Shown: positions 11,113 through 19,455, numbered from the stretch's first letter. The stretch is 64,000 bases of DNA from an uncultured delta proteobacterium (GCA_963695875.1 CAVOID010000010.1:64001-128000), one strand, 5' to 3'. The notes: generated by a model from the letters alone, not told the origin. Numbers and translations are program-made.

Positions 11113-11562
11113 ATGGTTAACTTTCAACGAAATGGGGCTATAAGCAATACGCATGTTGGCAATGAATTCGAGGCTAAGGCTAAATCGTTTTTTGCTACAC
11201 AGGGTGTTATGCTTGAAAAAAATATATCAATTGAAATAGGTATTGAAGGCAAGAAAAAAGCACATAAATTTGATCTCGGTAATTCGGCGGATAAAATCAT
11301 AGTAGAATGTAAATCTCATACTTGGACTGAAACAGAAAATATACCCAGCGCGAAAATGACATCATGGAATCAAGCAATGTATTATTTCTTTGCAGCGCCA
11401 CGCGGTTACAGGAAGATTTTCTTTGCTCTTAAGCATTATAGCAAAAAGCATAAACAAACTTTAGCAGCTTACTATCTCAGAATTAACGACCACTTGATAC
11501 CTAGTGATGTAGAGTTTTGGGAGTATGACGAAGATAAAAAAACAGCACAAAAAATAAAATGA
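11113..11562 (+). CDS. Integron cassette 2: stand-alone PD-(D/E)xK nuclease-like protein
   Basis: GNEFE ... HKFDLG ... IIVECKSH; AGGAG RBS. Confidence 0.7.
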   Translation: MVNFQRNGAISNTHVGNEFEAKAKSFFATQGVMLEKNISIEIGIEGKKKAHKFDLGNSADKIIVECKSHTWTETENIPSAKMTSWNQAMYYFFAAPRGYRKIFFALKHYSKKHKQTLAAYYLRINDHLIPSDVEFWEYDEDKKTAQKIK

Positions 11563-11564
11563 AC

Positions 11565-11629
11565 TGCGAACAAGCCGCTCAAGCCGATCGCGGCCCGCTG
11601 GGCCGCTCCGGCTTAGCTTTTCGTTAGGC
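11565..11629 (+). mobile_element. attC site 2
   Basis: TGCGAAC (complement of upstream GTTCGCA) ... GCTCAAGCCG / CGGCTTAGC ... GTTAGGC. Confidence 0.9.
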
Positions 11630-11642
11630 CGAGTTAAGAAAT

Positions 11643-12438
11643 ATGTCAGAAAATGCTTTTTACGTGTATCCAGGACAGCCATTTATTGGTGAAGCTATTA
11701 TACACTTGCTTTTGGCATTTAATAATGAACCAAATAGTAAGGGTAGACGTTCGATTAATGAAGGGGAACATTCACAAATCGCTTATGCTTTGATAATGAT
11801 TGCTTTGGAAAGCATCATTAAAGTTAAACTCAATGAGAAAGATATAGTCGAGCCGGCAAAGACAGAAGACTTATTTGAACAAACAGTTGAGAAGTTCACT
11901 AAAGAGCATGGAAGTTTTGAACTCTGGGAATGAGTTAAAAATATTGAGAAACTCAATCGTTCACTCTGCATATTTTGAAAGGAATGCAAGAGGTGGGTAT
12001 ATTTCCAAAGCTACGAAGAAGAAGTTGAAATCCTCATATTATTCACCATATCTTGATCTGGATGAAGAATGCACAAAGAAATGGCGGCTTACTATCAATC
12101 CATTGAATGTTTCGAGGTATGAGGCCTTCGTCGGTTTGATGTTTTTTTATTGGTATGGCAAAGAAACCAGTGTTTGGAAAAGCAACAATCCTCTTGATAC
12201 ACCTTATGTAGATTGTCGAATGAAGTATAATATCCAGTGGATTAACAGAAATGATTATCAACACCTTGTTGGCCACGGCAAGGATTTTAGTTATCTTATT
12301 GGATATATGTCAGGCCGTTTATCAGAGAAACATCGTACGATATTAGTTGGCCTCGCAAATGAAGCACTTGGCATTGATTTAGATTCCTCTTTAAGAGTTG
12401 CCACTGGTATACTTGATATGTTCGCGCCCAGACTTTGA
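11643..12438 (+). CDS. Integron cassette 3: HEPN-like protein, split by one extra G at 11926-11928
   Basis: Removing one G gives ...FELWNELKILRNSIVHS..., with upstream IALES helix and RxxxxH motif; both ORFs lie between the same two attC sites. Confidence 0.6.
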
Positions 12439-12448
12439 AGAAGGTTAG

Positions 12449-12504
12449 CCCTAACAAAGTCAATCCAGCCGATCACTACGCTCCGGCTGATTTTTTCGTT
12501 ATGT
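12449..12504 (+). mobile_element. attC site 3
   Basis: CCCTAAC ... AATCCAGCCG / CGGCTGATT ... GTTATGT. Confidence 0.9.
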
Positions 12505-12520
12505 TCAAGGAGGATTTATC

Positions 12521-12982
12521 ATGATTCAAATGGTGACTATCCTTATAGCCGTAGTATCCCTCGTTATATCTTTCATAGTTCATCCTGCAGGGGCATGGAT
12601 TCCAATAGTTCTCGCAGACCTCGTTATCTGTATAAACTTATGGGCTGCAAAGCAAAAATATAGATTTAAATATCTCCCAGACTTATCACCAGAAGCAAAT
12701 GACCTTTTGCAGCATTACGGCCACTACTTCGCGATGCCATTTGCTTCAAAGGATTTCAGTGCAAGTGCGGCTACGAGTCAATTCGCTGGGATTATAATTG
12801 CCATCATTGGACTATTTAGAGGCTTTTGGTGGGCAATAGCTCTCGCAGCCGCAAATTGGTTTTTAATGGGTTTTGTTGCTGTTTCTCTCAGTCCGGTATC
12901 CCTATTAGTTGAGTCAACTGCTTTGCAGATAGTACATGATGAAGTTGTTGAATTTATTAATTCACAGCGTATTCAAAAATAG
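12521..12982 (+). CDS. Integron cassette 4: multi-TM membrane protein of unknown function
   Basis: AGGAGG RBS; about 4 hydrophobic segments in 153 aa. Confidence 0.7.
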   Translation: MIQMVTILIAVVSLVISFIVHPAGAWIPIVLADLVICINLWAAKQKYRFKYLPDLSPEANDLLQHYGHYFAMPFASKDFSASAATSQFAGIIIAIIGLFRGFWWAIALAAANWFLMGFVAVSLSPVSLLVESTALQIVHDEVVEFINSQRIQK

Positions 12983-12987
12983 ATAAA

Positions 12988-13042
12988 ACATAACCAGTCA
13001 ATACAGCCGATCGCTACGCTCCGGCTGATTTTTTCGTTATGC
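12988..13042 (+). mobile_element. attC site 4
   Basis: ACATAAC (complement of GTTATGT) ... GTTATGC; nearly identical to attC3. Confidence 0.9.
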
Positions 13043-13071
13043 CTTAAAGATATTTATTTCAATGGGGTCTT

Positions 13072-13857
13072 ATGCTTAAAATTCAAAGATATATATCTGA
13101 TGAATTGACACATTTTGTTGGAAAAAGCCTTTCTAGTGAAAGTGATCAATACAACCTGTTGGTCAATATTCTTAATTCAGGATGGCTGACTCATCCTCCT
13201 CATGAACACACTGACAGAAATTCCGGTGGTTTAGCTCTAAGCCGGCACTTAAAAATAAGCGAAAATCTAATGTATTCCCCAGAAGTCATTTGCTTTTGCG
13301 ATATTCCCCTTGATGACATTGGACTGCATGTTACAAAGTATAGCCACGTTGGTCTCGCTTTTAGAAAATCATTTTTAATTGAAAAAGGTGTCAATCCAGT
13401 TTTTTATATTTCTAAGGATTCCAAAGTGAGATATTGGCCTAGTGTTGACGAACCAAATAATTTTTTAAAAATACATCGTTCTGAATTGTTTGACACGATG
13501 ATCGATAATTATCAAGACCTCGTTAAAGAGCTCATGATATATTTCAAAGACCTTTTTTATCAGTCAGCCGAAGTTATTGCTTCAAAGGTACTTCAGGATA
13601 AAATCAGAAAATTTCAGGACCAACTGTTTGAACTGGAAAGGTTTCTAGATTTCCACATATTTAGCTATTTAAAGTTTTTTGACAGCTCTAAATCTGAGGA
13701 CGATCCTGAGAATTATTATATGGAGCGTGAATGGAGGATGATTGGTAATCTTCAATTTGATATATCTGATGTTCGCCGGATCTTTTTGCCTGAGCACTAC
13801 GCTGAACATTTCCGAAGAGATGTTCCGGCTTATTACGGGCAACTAACTTTTGTTTAA
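13072..13857 (+). CDS. Integron cassette 5: AbiGi-family (abortive-infection-associated) protein
   Basis: LTHFVG, ICFCDIP, Y..VGLAF.K, G.NPVFY, YYMEREWR motifs. Confidence 0.75.
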   Translation: MLKIQRYISDELTHFVGKSLSSESDQYNLLVNILNSGWLTHPPHEHTDRNSGGLALSRHLKISENLMYSPEVICFCDIPLDDIGLHVTKYSHVGLAFRKSFLIEKGVNPVFYISKDSKVRYWPSVDEPNNFLKIHRSELFDTMIDNYQDLVKELMIYFKDLFYQSAEVIASKVLQDKIRKFQDQLFELERFLDFHIFSYLKFFDSSKSEDDPENYYMEREWRMIGNLQFDISDVRRIFLPEHYAEHFRRDVPAYYGQLTFV

Positions 13858-13860
13858 GCT

Positions 13861-13916
13861 GCATAACAAAGCGTTGGAACCGATCGCTTACGCTCCGGCT
13901 CAACTCCGCGTTGGCC
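13861..13916 (+). mobile_element. attC site 5
   Basis: GCATAAC (complement of GTTATGC) ... GTTGGAACCG / CGGCTCAAC ... GTTGGCC. Confidence 0.88.
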
Positions 13917-13956
13917 TAAAATGAATATTAAAAGGAGACAATAAATGGCACATTAA

Positions 13957-14133
13957 TGGGGTCGGACCAAGATAAGTAGTAGGTATCACAAAGAATAGGG
14001 TTTAAAAACGGTCTATATTTAGCCTTAAACTGCCGATTTTGGCCACAAAAATATACTCCTAAGAATGATTGCTTGCAGAAAAAACCTATAAATCCGTAGG
14101 ACGCTTGTTCCTCGCACCAGTGATTTTTTCGTT
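13957..14133 (+). repeat. ~180-bp direct repeat copy 1, ending in a decayed attC
   Basis: Starts TGGGGTCGGACCAA, aligns with 14907-15091, ends ...GCACCAGTGATTTTTTCGTT. Confidence 0.85.
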
Positions 14134-14152
14134 CGCTTATAAATCATAAATA

Positions 14153-14181
14153 TTGACGTTTAGACGTTATGCCGTTATAAT
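14153..14181 (+). promoter_or_regulatory. Sigma70 promoter of the RHH/RelE cassette with overlapping short direct repeats
   Basis: TTGACG-17 bp-TATAAT; GACGTT/GACGTT/GCCGTT repeats (candidate antitoxin operator). Confidence 0.75.
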
Positions 14182-14209
14182 GCTTTTATTATAATTAGGA
14201 GGTAATATT

Positions 14210-14444
14210 ATGGCGACATTGGCGAAGCGAGCCACGATATACTTTGACACCGACCTACACAAAGCTCTGCGGCTTAAATCTGTTGAAACCTCTCGATCTG
14301 TGTCCGAGCTTGTAAACGAGGCCGTTAAAGAAGCCCTTGCTGAGGATGCTGAGGATCTCAAATCGTTTGACGAAAGGGCGCGCGAACCTCTAATAAGCTA
14401 CGAGGAAATGATCAAGAGGCTTAAAAAAAGATGGCCGAATATAG
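14210..14444 (+). CDS. CopG/RHH antitoxin (extra A in the A7 run near 14425; corrected end KRLKKDGRI*)
   Basis: KRATIYFD..LHKALRLK...SVSELVNEAV; overlaps the toxin start. Confidence 0.8.
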
Positions 14445-14688
14445 AATCTATTTCAAGCGTTCGGTTTGGAAAGACTTTGAAGGAATTTCGAAAAAGGATT
14501 TAAAACGAATTCTTCAACGCATCGAGAATCTTAAAAAAAATCCCAGGCCCACCGAATGTGAAAAGTTGACCGGTCAAGACAGATATCGTTTGCGGCAAGG
14601 TCGATACCGAATTGTTTACTCTGTACAAGATAATGACCTTACTGTGTGGGTCGTAAAAGTTGGACATCGCAGTAACGTATATCGCTGA
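14431..14688 (+). CDS. RelE/ParE family toxin
   Basis: NPRP..CEKLTG...YRLRQGRYRIVY...VVKVGHR. Confidence 0.92.
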   Translation: MAEYRIYFKRSVWKDFEGISKKDLKRILQRIENLKKNPRPTECEKLTGQDRYRLRQGRYRIVYSVQDNDLTVWVVKVGHRSNVYR

Positions 14689-14710
14689 AGCGAATCGGGT
14701 AGCTTTCCCT

Positions 14711-14830
14711 AATTGAAGCTCTCCGCAGTAAACTGCGGAGAATCTTCGATCCATAAGGAATAATAATGTTCCCCATTCGCTCGCTTACCCCGCAGCAAGC
14801 TGCGGGGAATGCGCTCGCTGCCGGATTCAA
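14711..14830 (+). mobile_element. Non-autonomous IS200/IS605-like palindromic element (PATE-like)
   Basis: Two related hairpins CTCCGCAG-TAAA-CTGCGGAG and CCCCGCAG-CAAG-CTGCGGGG; ends TTCAA; no transposase. Confidence 0.55.
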
Positions 14831-14897
14831 TCTATACTCAAAGCACGGAGATAATATGTACTGCTTCAAAATCGTTATCCTTCATGAATGTTCAAGG
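14828..14897 (+). repeat. Duplicate of the alkD-like gene 5' end
   Basis: 14862-14897 is identical (36 nt) to 15883-15918; similarity extends back to CAATCTATACT. Confidence 0.85.
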
Positions 14898-14906
14898 AAT
14901 TGAAAT

Positions 14907-15091
14907 TGGGGTCGGACCAAATAAGTAGTAGGTATCATAAAGAATAGGGTTAAAAAACGATCTATATTTAGCCTTAAAATTGCCAATTTCGGCCACAAAA
15001 ATATACTCCTAAGATACGATTGCTTGCAGAAAAAAATTAGGTCATCTAATCTATAAATCCGCTTATTCCTCGCACTGGTGATCTTTACGTT
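14907..15091 (+). repeat. ~180-bp direct repeat copy 2, ending in a decayed attC
   Basis: Aligns with 13957-14133 and diverges immediately after GTT. Confidence 0.85.
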
Positions 15092-15167
15092 ATGAATGAA
15101 AAATATGATTGATAATTCAGCCCATAATATCTATTATTAGAAAATAGCAAAATCTAAAAACAAGTTA

Positions 15168-15419
15168 ATGAAAAAACGAAAACTACTTGAAAAAATACTC
15201 GCGGGTTCTAAAAATATTCGATTCGCCGAAGCAACCGCCCTTGCAGAGGCGTTTGGCTTTAGGCTGGATCGTATCAACGGCAGTCACCATATTTTTGTAC
15301 ATCCGAACATTCCAGAGTTAATTAATTTGCAGGATGTCAAGGGTAAAGTAAAACCGTATCAATTAAAACAGCTTCTAAGCATTATAGAACAACACAACCT
15401 TCAAATGGAGGATCAGTAA
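15168..15419 (+). CDS. hicA: HicA family toxin (cassette)
   Basis: GF..DRINGSHHIFVHP...GKVKPYQ. Confidence 0.9.
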   Translation: MKKRKLLEKILAGSKNIRFAEATALAEAFGFRLDRINGSHHIFVHPNIPELINLQDVKGKVKPYQLKQLLSIIEQHNLQMEDQ

Positions 15420-15637
15420 TGAAAGATTATCATATTAATATTTTTTACAGCGATGATGATGACGGTTATATTGCAGATATTCCTGACCTGCGTCATTGCT
15501 CGGCCTTTGGTAAAACTCCGGACGAAGCTCTTTCAGAGGTTTTAAAAGCAAAAAGATCCTGGCTTGAATCAGCTCATGCAAATAAAAAAACCATCCCGAA
15601 GCCTCACTATCGTCCGGCGATTTACCAAGTAGCTTAA
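15419..15637 (+). CDS. hicB: HicB family antitoxin (cassette)
   Basis: GYIADIPDL..CSAFGKTPDEAL; TAATG overlap with hicA. Confidence 0.9.
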   Translation: MKDYHINIFYSDDDDGYIADIPDLRHCSAFGKTPDEALSEVLKAKRSWLESAHANKKTIPKPHYRPAIYQVA

Positions 15638-15734
15638 ACTATTTTACCACCTAGTGATTAGCCTCTTCATAACACCTATCAGGCCTCCTGATGTCAATAG
15701 ATAAATGTATCCCTGAACGAAGAAAGGGTTCACT

Positions 15735-15812
15735 TATCCAGGACCAGGTAAAGATGCATTCCACGGCAACGACAATATCCTCACGAAAGGGAGCAATGAC
15801 TTTGAGAAAGGC
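15735..15812 (-). pseudogene. IS110-family transposase fragment
   Basis: AFLKVIAPFREDIVVAVECIFTWSWI resembles the N-terminal RuvC/DEDD region of IS110 transposases. Confidence 0.55.
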
Positions 15813-15877
15813 GTCGTCAAGGCGACTTTTTCTGCAGACTTGTTGGGCCAGCAATCTATACTAGAGCATGGAGAAAT

Positions 15878-16609
15878 ATGGATGCTTCAAAATCGTTATC
15901 CTTCATGAATGTTCAAGGGATCCATGCAAGATTACAGTTGCTTGGTGATCCAAAAAGAGCAGAGGTGCTGCAGCGATACTTCAAAACAGGACCAGGAGAA
16001 TACGGGGAGGGAGATGTATTTGTCGGTATCCGTGCTCCGGAGATAAGAAAGCTAGCCAAAGAATACCAGGCACTTTCCCTTTCAGAGACGGTAAAATTAC
16101 TTCACTCCTCCATCCATGAATCAAGAGCGCTGGCACTCTTGATTCTGGTTCGTGCCTACGCCAAAGGAGATGCTTCTCTTCAAGAGAAGATTTATAATCT
16201 GTATCTTCAGAACACTCGGTTCATCAATAACTGGGACTTGGTGGATATCTCGGCTGAACATATTGTCGGTTCTCATTTGAGATATCTAAGCAAGGCGCCG
16301 CTCCATGCCCTGGCAGCATCGAACCTGTTGTGGGAACGCAGGATTGCAGTAATGGCAACATTTCACTATATTAAGCATGACGAGTTTGCCGAGACATTGC
16401 ATATTGCGGGTATGTTGCTCAGCGATACAGAAGACTTGATTCACAAAGCAGTTGGTTGGATGCTCCGGGAGATCGGCAAACGTGATCACATATCAGAGGA
16501 AGTCTTTCTAAGGGCACACTACAAGCTTATGCCGCGAACGATGCTCCGGTATGCTATTGAGAGGTTCCCGGAAGATTTAAGGCAACGGTATTTAAAAGGG
16601 AAAGTATAA
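15878..16609 (+). CDS. DNA alkylation repair protein (AlkD-like)
   Basis: YFKTGPGEYGEGD, INNWDLVD, HKAVGWMLRE, MPRTMLRYAIE. Confidence 0.92.
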   Translation: MDASKSLSFMNVQGIHARLQLLGDPKRAEVLQRYFKTGPGEYGEGDVFVGIRAPEIRKLAKEYQALSLSETVKLLHSSIHESRALALLILVRAYAKGDASLQEKIYNLYLQNTRFINNWDLVDISAEHIVGSHLRYLSKAPLHALAASNLLWERRIAVMATFHYIKHDEFAETLHIAGMLLSDTEDLIHKAVGWMLREIGKRDHISEEVFLRAHYKLMPRTMLRYAIERFPEDLRQRYLKGKV

Positions 16610-16635
16610 ATGACGCATCACAAGGTTGGTTATGA

Positions 16636-16890
16636 ATGAAGACATTTTTTGTCGCCGCTACTGAAAGAGGAACCGTGGTCACGTCAGCCAGGGTCGCCCT
16701 GGTTGTCGGATCAATCCTCGCACTGATCAACTATGGCGACCGCATCTTTCTGCACGGCAACATGGGCACACTGGACTGGGTCAAGCTCGCTCTTACCTAC
16801 TGCGTGCCGTATTGCGTGGCCACATACGGCGCCGCCAGGTACGCCACAAGACATATCAGGAACAAAGAACACAACCCAACCATGGAGTGA
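16636..16890 (+). CDS. NrtS-family small membrane protein
   Basis: ALVVGSILALINYG...LTYCVPYCVATYG. Confidence 0.75.
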   Translation: MKTFFVAATERGTVVTSARVALVVGSILALINYGDRIFLHGNMGTLDWVKLALTYCVPYCVATYGAARYATRHIRNKEHNPTME

Positions 16891-16957
16891 GTCTGACCCT
16901 AGTAAAATATAGACTTATTCCCTTTGTTTGGTAAATGAAATAAAGGAGGAGATGATT

Positions 16958-17359
16958 ATGCCACGAACAATTCATATGGCAGCTGCCCTGCCGGCCCCCC
17001 CAGATAAACTCTACGACATGTATCTCGATCCGGAATTACATTCCGCAATCACCGGTGCGCCTGTTTCCATTGGAGCAAAAGCCGGGGCGAAGTTTCTTGC
17101 CTTCAACGGAATGATTCAGGGAACAATCCTTCAGGTGGTTCCTAAACGACTGATCGTACAGTCCTGGAGAGCAAAGCACTGGAAGGCTAATGACCTTGAC
17201 TCAACTCTGGTCCTATCATTTTGGCCGGAAAGGCGAGGTACGCGGATAGAACTGGTTCACGTCAACGTAGCGGATCATGACTTCGCGGGCGTTAGCCACG
17301 GCTGGGAAATCTATTATTGGGCGCCCTGGAGAGAGTATCTGAAGAAGCACCGGCAATGA
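16958..17359 (+). CDS. SRPBCC/Aha1-like protein
   Basis: LIVQSWR, GTRIELVH.NV, GWEIYYW.PW. Confidence 0.85.
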   Translation: MPRTIHMAAALPAPPDKLYDMYLDPELHSAITGAPVSIGAKAGAKFLAFNGMIQGTILQVVPKRLIVQSWRAKHWKANDLDSTLVLSFWPERRGTRIELVHVNVADHDFAGVSHGWEIYYWAPWREYLKKHRQ

Positions 17360-17391
17360 GAGAAAATGGCAAGCCGGAAAGGATCTGATCA

Positions 17392-18495
17392 ATGGCTCAC
17401 CATTCCGATACGCAAATGCATAAGATTCAGGCGGCAGTATTGCGCAGGAGGGGCGGCCCTTTGAAGATTGAATCCCTCGAAATGGAGGGTCCGCGGGATG
17501 ACGAGGTCCTGGTGCGCATCGTTGCCTCAGGCATCTGCCATACCGATATAAGCTTCGTGGACGGTTGGGACGAGACCGACGGCCCGATAGTGCTGGGGCA
17601 TGAGGGTGCGGGTGTAGTGGAGCAGGTCGGCAAAAGCGTGAAGAGTGTCAGGCGCGGCGATCATGTCGTGCTCTCCTACCAATCCTGCGGCCGCTGCCGT
17701 AAATGCCGGAGCGGACACCCTGCGGATTGCGAAAATTTCTACGAGGCGAACTTCGGTTTCGCACGCCTGGACGGCAGCAACGCACTCAAGCGCAGCGGCG
17801 TGCGCGGGCATTTCTTCGGTCAGTCATCATTTGCCACCCACGTCCTGGCAACAGAACGCAATATTGTCAAGGTTCCCAAAAAATTAAATCTGGAGGTCCT
17901 GGCTCCGCTGGGTTGCGGCCTGCAAACGGGAGCCGGCACCGTGTTAAATTCGCTGGCGGTCCCGAAAGGAGCAAGCATCGCTATCTTCGGTACGGGAGCA
18001 GTCGGCCTTGCGGCAGTCATGGCGGCGCGCATTGCCGGGGCCAACCCGATCATAGGTGTCGACATTAAACCCAGGCGTCTCGAACTCGCCCTGGAATTGG
18101 GCGCCACCCACGTGATAGACAATCGCCGTGACAAAGCAGACTCACGCATCACCGATATCACCGGCAGTGGGGTTGATTACGTGGTGGAAACCACCGGTGA
18201 TTCGAAGATGTACCGACTGTCCATGGATATGTTGAATCCCCATGGCACCACGGCCTTTCTCACCGGCATAAGCGGCCCGGACTCTCTGCCGGAAAGGCGG
18301 ACAACCCTCAGCATAATCCAGGGCGACGCCGTGCCACAGCGCTTTATCCCTAAGCTAATCGCACTTTACCAGGCAGGACAGTTCCCGTATGACCGTCTCT
18401 TGAAATTCTATGACTTCAGCGAGATTAATAAGGCCATAGCCGATTCCAGACGCGGCGACACGATCAAGCCCGTACTGCGAATCAGCGAGACGTGA
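17392..18495 (+). CDS. Zn-dependent (aryl-)alcohol dehydrogenase
   Basis: GICHTD, GHEGAG, CGRCRKC, GHFFGQSSF, GTGAVG. Confidence 0.92.
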   Translation: MAHHSDTQMHKIQAAVLRRRGGPLKIESLEMEGPRDDEVLVRIVASGICHTDISFVDGWDETDGPIVLGHEGAGVVEQVGKSVKSVRRGDHVVLSYQSCGRCRKCRSGHPADCENFYEANFGFARLDGSNALKRSGVRGHFFGQSSFATHVLATERNIVKVPKKLNLEVLAPLGCGLQTGAGTVLNSLAVPKGASIAIFGTGAVGLAAVMAARIAGANPIIGVDIKPRRLELALELGATHVIDNRRDKADSRITDITGSGVDYVVETTGDSKMYRLSMDMLNPHGTTAFLTGISGPDSLPERRTTLSIIQGDAVPQRFIPKLIALYQAGQFPYDRLLKFYDFSEINKAIADSRRGDTIKPVLRISET

Positions 18496-19276
18496 AGCAA
18501 GGGAAAAATAACCCACCCGGTTTTGCCGGTTCCTCAGCATCGCCTTCGTACAAAACCCGCTCCAGGAAAAGGCCCGACGGAGGAGCTGTGCTCTTCGCCG
18601 GGAGGTCTGAAGGGTGTTCAAGCATGTTTTTGACATCACGTGAAGTCAGGTTTCCCCTCCCCGCTTCCACAATGATCCCCACCATTCTGCGGACCATCTT
18701 CCACAGGAAGTGAGAGCCGACAAACCGCAGGACAATCAGATCGCCCATCTCCCCAATGTCTGCAACATCCAGCTTGACCTTTGTGGACGCGTCTTTATCC
18801 AGACGTTTGTCTACAAAGGATGTGAAATCGTGAAATCCCGTAAACAGGTTGCAAGCTGATCGCATCTTCTCAATGTCCAATGCATCCCTCACCCACCATA
18901 CATACCTCTTCCCGAAGGCGGTCCGGTGTTTTGAGATAATATAAAGATAGCTTCTGGAGATGGCATAATGACGGGCATGAAAGCTGATGGGAACCTCCTC
19001 AATACGGAGGATGTTGATATTGGCTGGAAGCAGGTCGTTCAGACCTTCCATGATCTTTCGAGGAGGCATTGTCTTTGTCGTACCCAGGTGGGCAACCTGG
19101 CCGAGAGCATGTACTCCGGCATCGGTGCGGCCTGCTCCCTGAATTTCAACAGATTCTCCGAACAGTTTCTCCGCCGCATTGATCAAGGTGTCCTGAACGC
19201 TCCTTGCATTCTTCTGTGTCTGCCAGCCTCTGTAACTGGTCCCATCGTATTCAAGGGTGATTTTATATTTATACAT
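18482..19276 (-). CDS. truA: tRNA pseudouridine(38-40) synthase
   Basis: YDGTSY.GWQ, GAGRTDAGVHA, FLWKMVR. Confidence 0.95.
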   Translation of the reverse strand: MYKYKITLEYDGTSYRGWQTQKNARSVQDTLINAAEKLFGESVEIQGAGRTDAGVHALGQVAHLGTTKTMPPRKIMEGLNDLLPANINILRIEEVPISFHARHYAISRSYLYIISKHRTAFGKRYVWWVRDALDIEKMRSACNLFTGFHDFTSFVDKRLDKDASTKVKLDVADIGEMGDLIVLRFVGSHFLWKMVRRMVGIIVEAGRGNLTSRDVKNMLEHPSDLPAKSTAPPSGLFLERVLYEGDAEEPAKPGGLFFPCFTSR

Positions 19277-19455
19277 TATTCAAAAAGAAATCCCCTCCTC
19301 TCCGCAAAGAGGAAAGGGGGCAGGCGGACGCCTTTCCTGCCATTTAGCAGGTCGGGTATCCCGCAACTGACAATGATTGGGGAGATGGCGTGGCATCTAT
19401 GAATTCAAGGCTTATGAGATTGCTTCGTAGCTCGAATTAGAGTTGTGCCCGAATA

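Noticed and set aside
11929..11933. TGA ending ORF 11643-11933 as a selenocysteine codon
   Set aside because: The coding sequence continues in another frame (RNSIVH motif), so this is a frameshift rather than readthrough.
11030..13916. Spaced repeats as a CRISPR array
   Set aside because: The spacers are whole genes of several hundred bp, the repeats have attC structure, and there are no cas genes.
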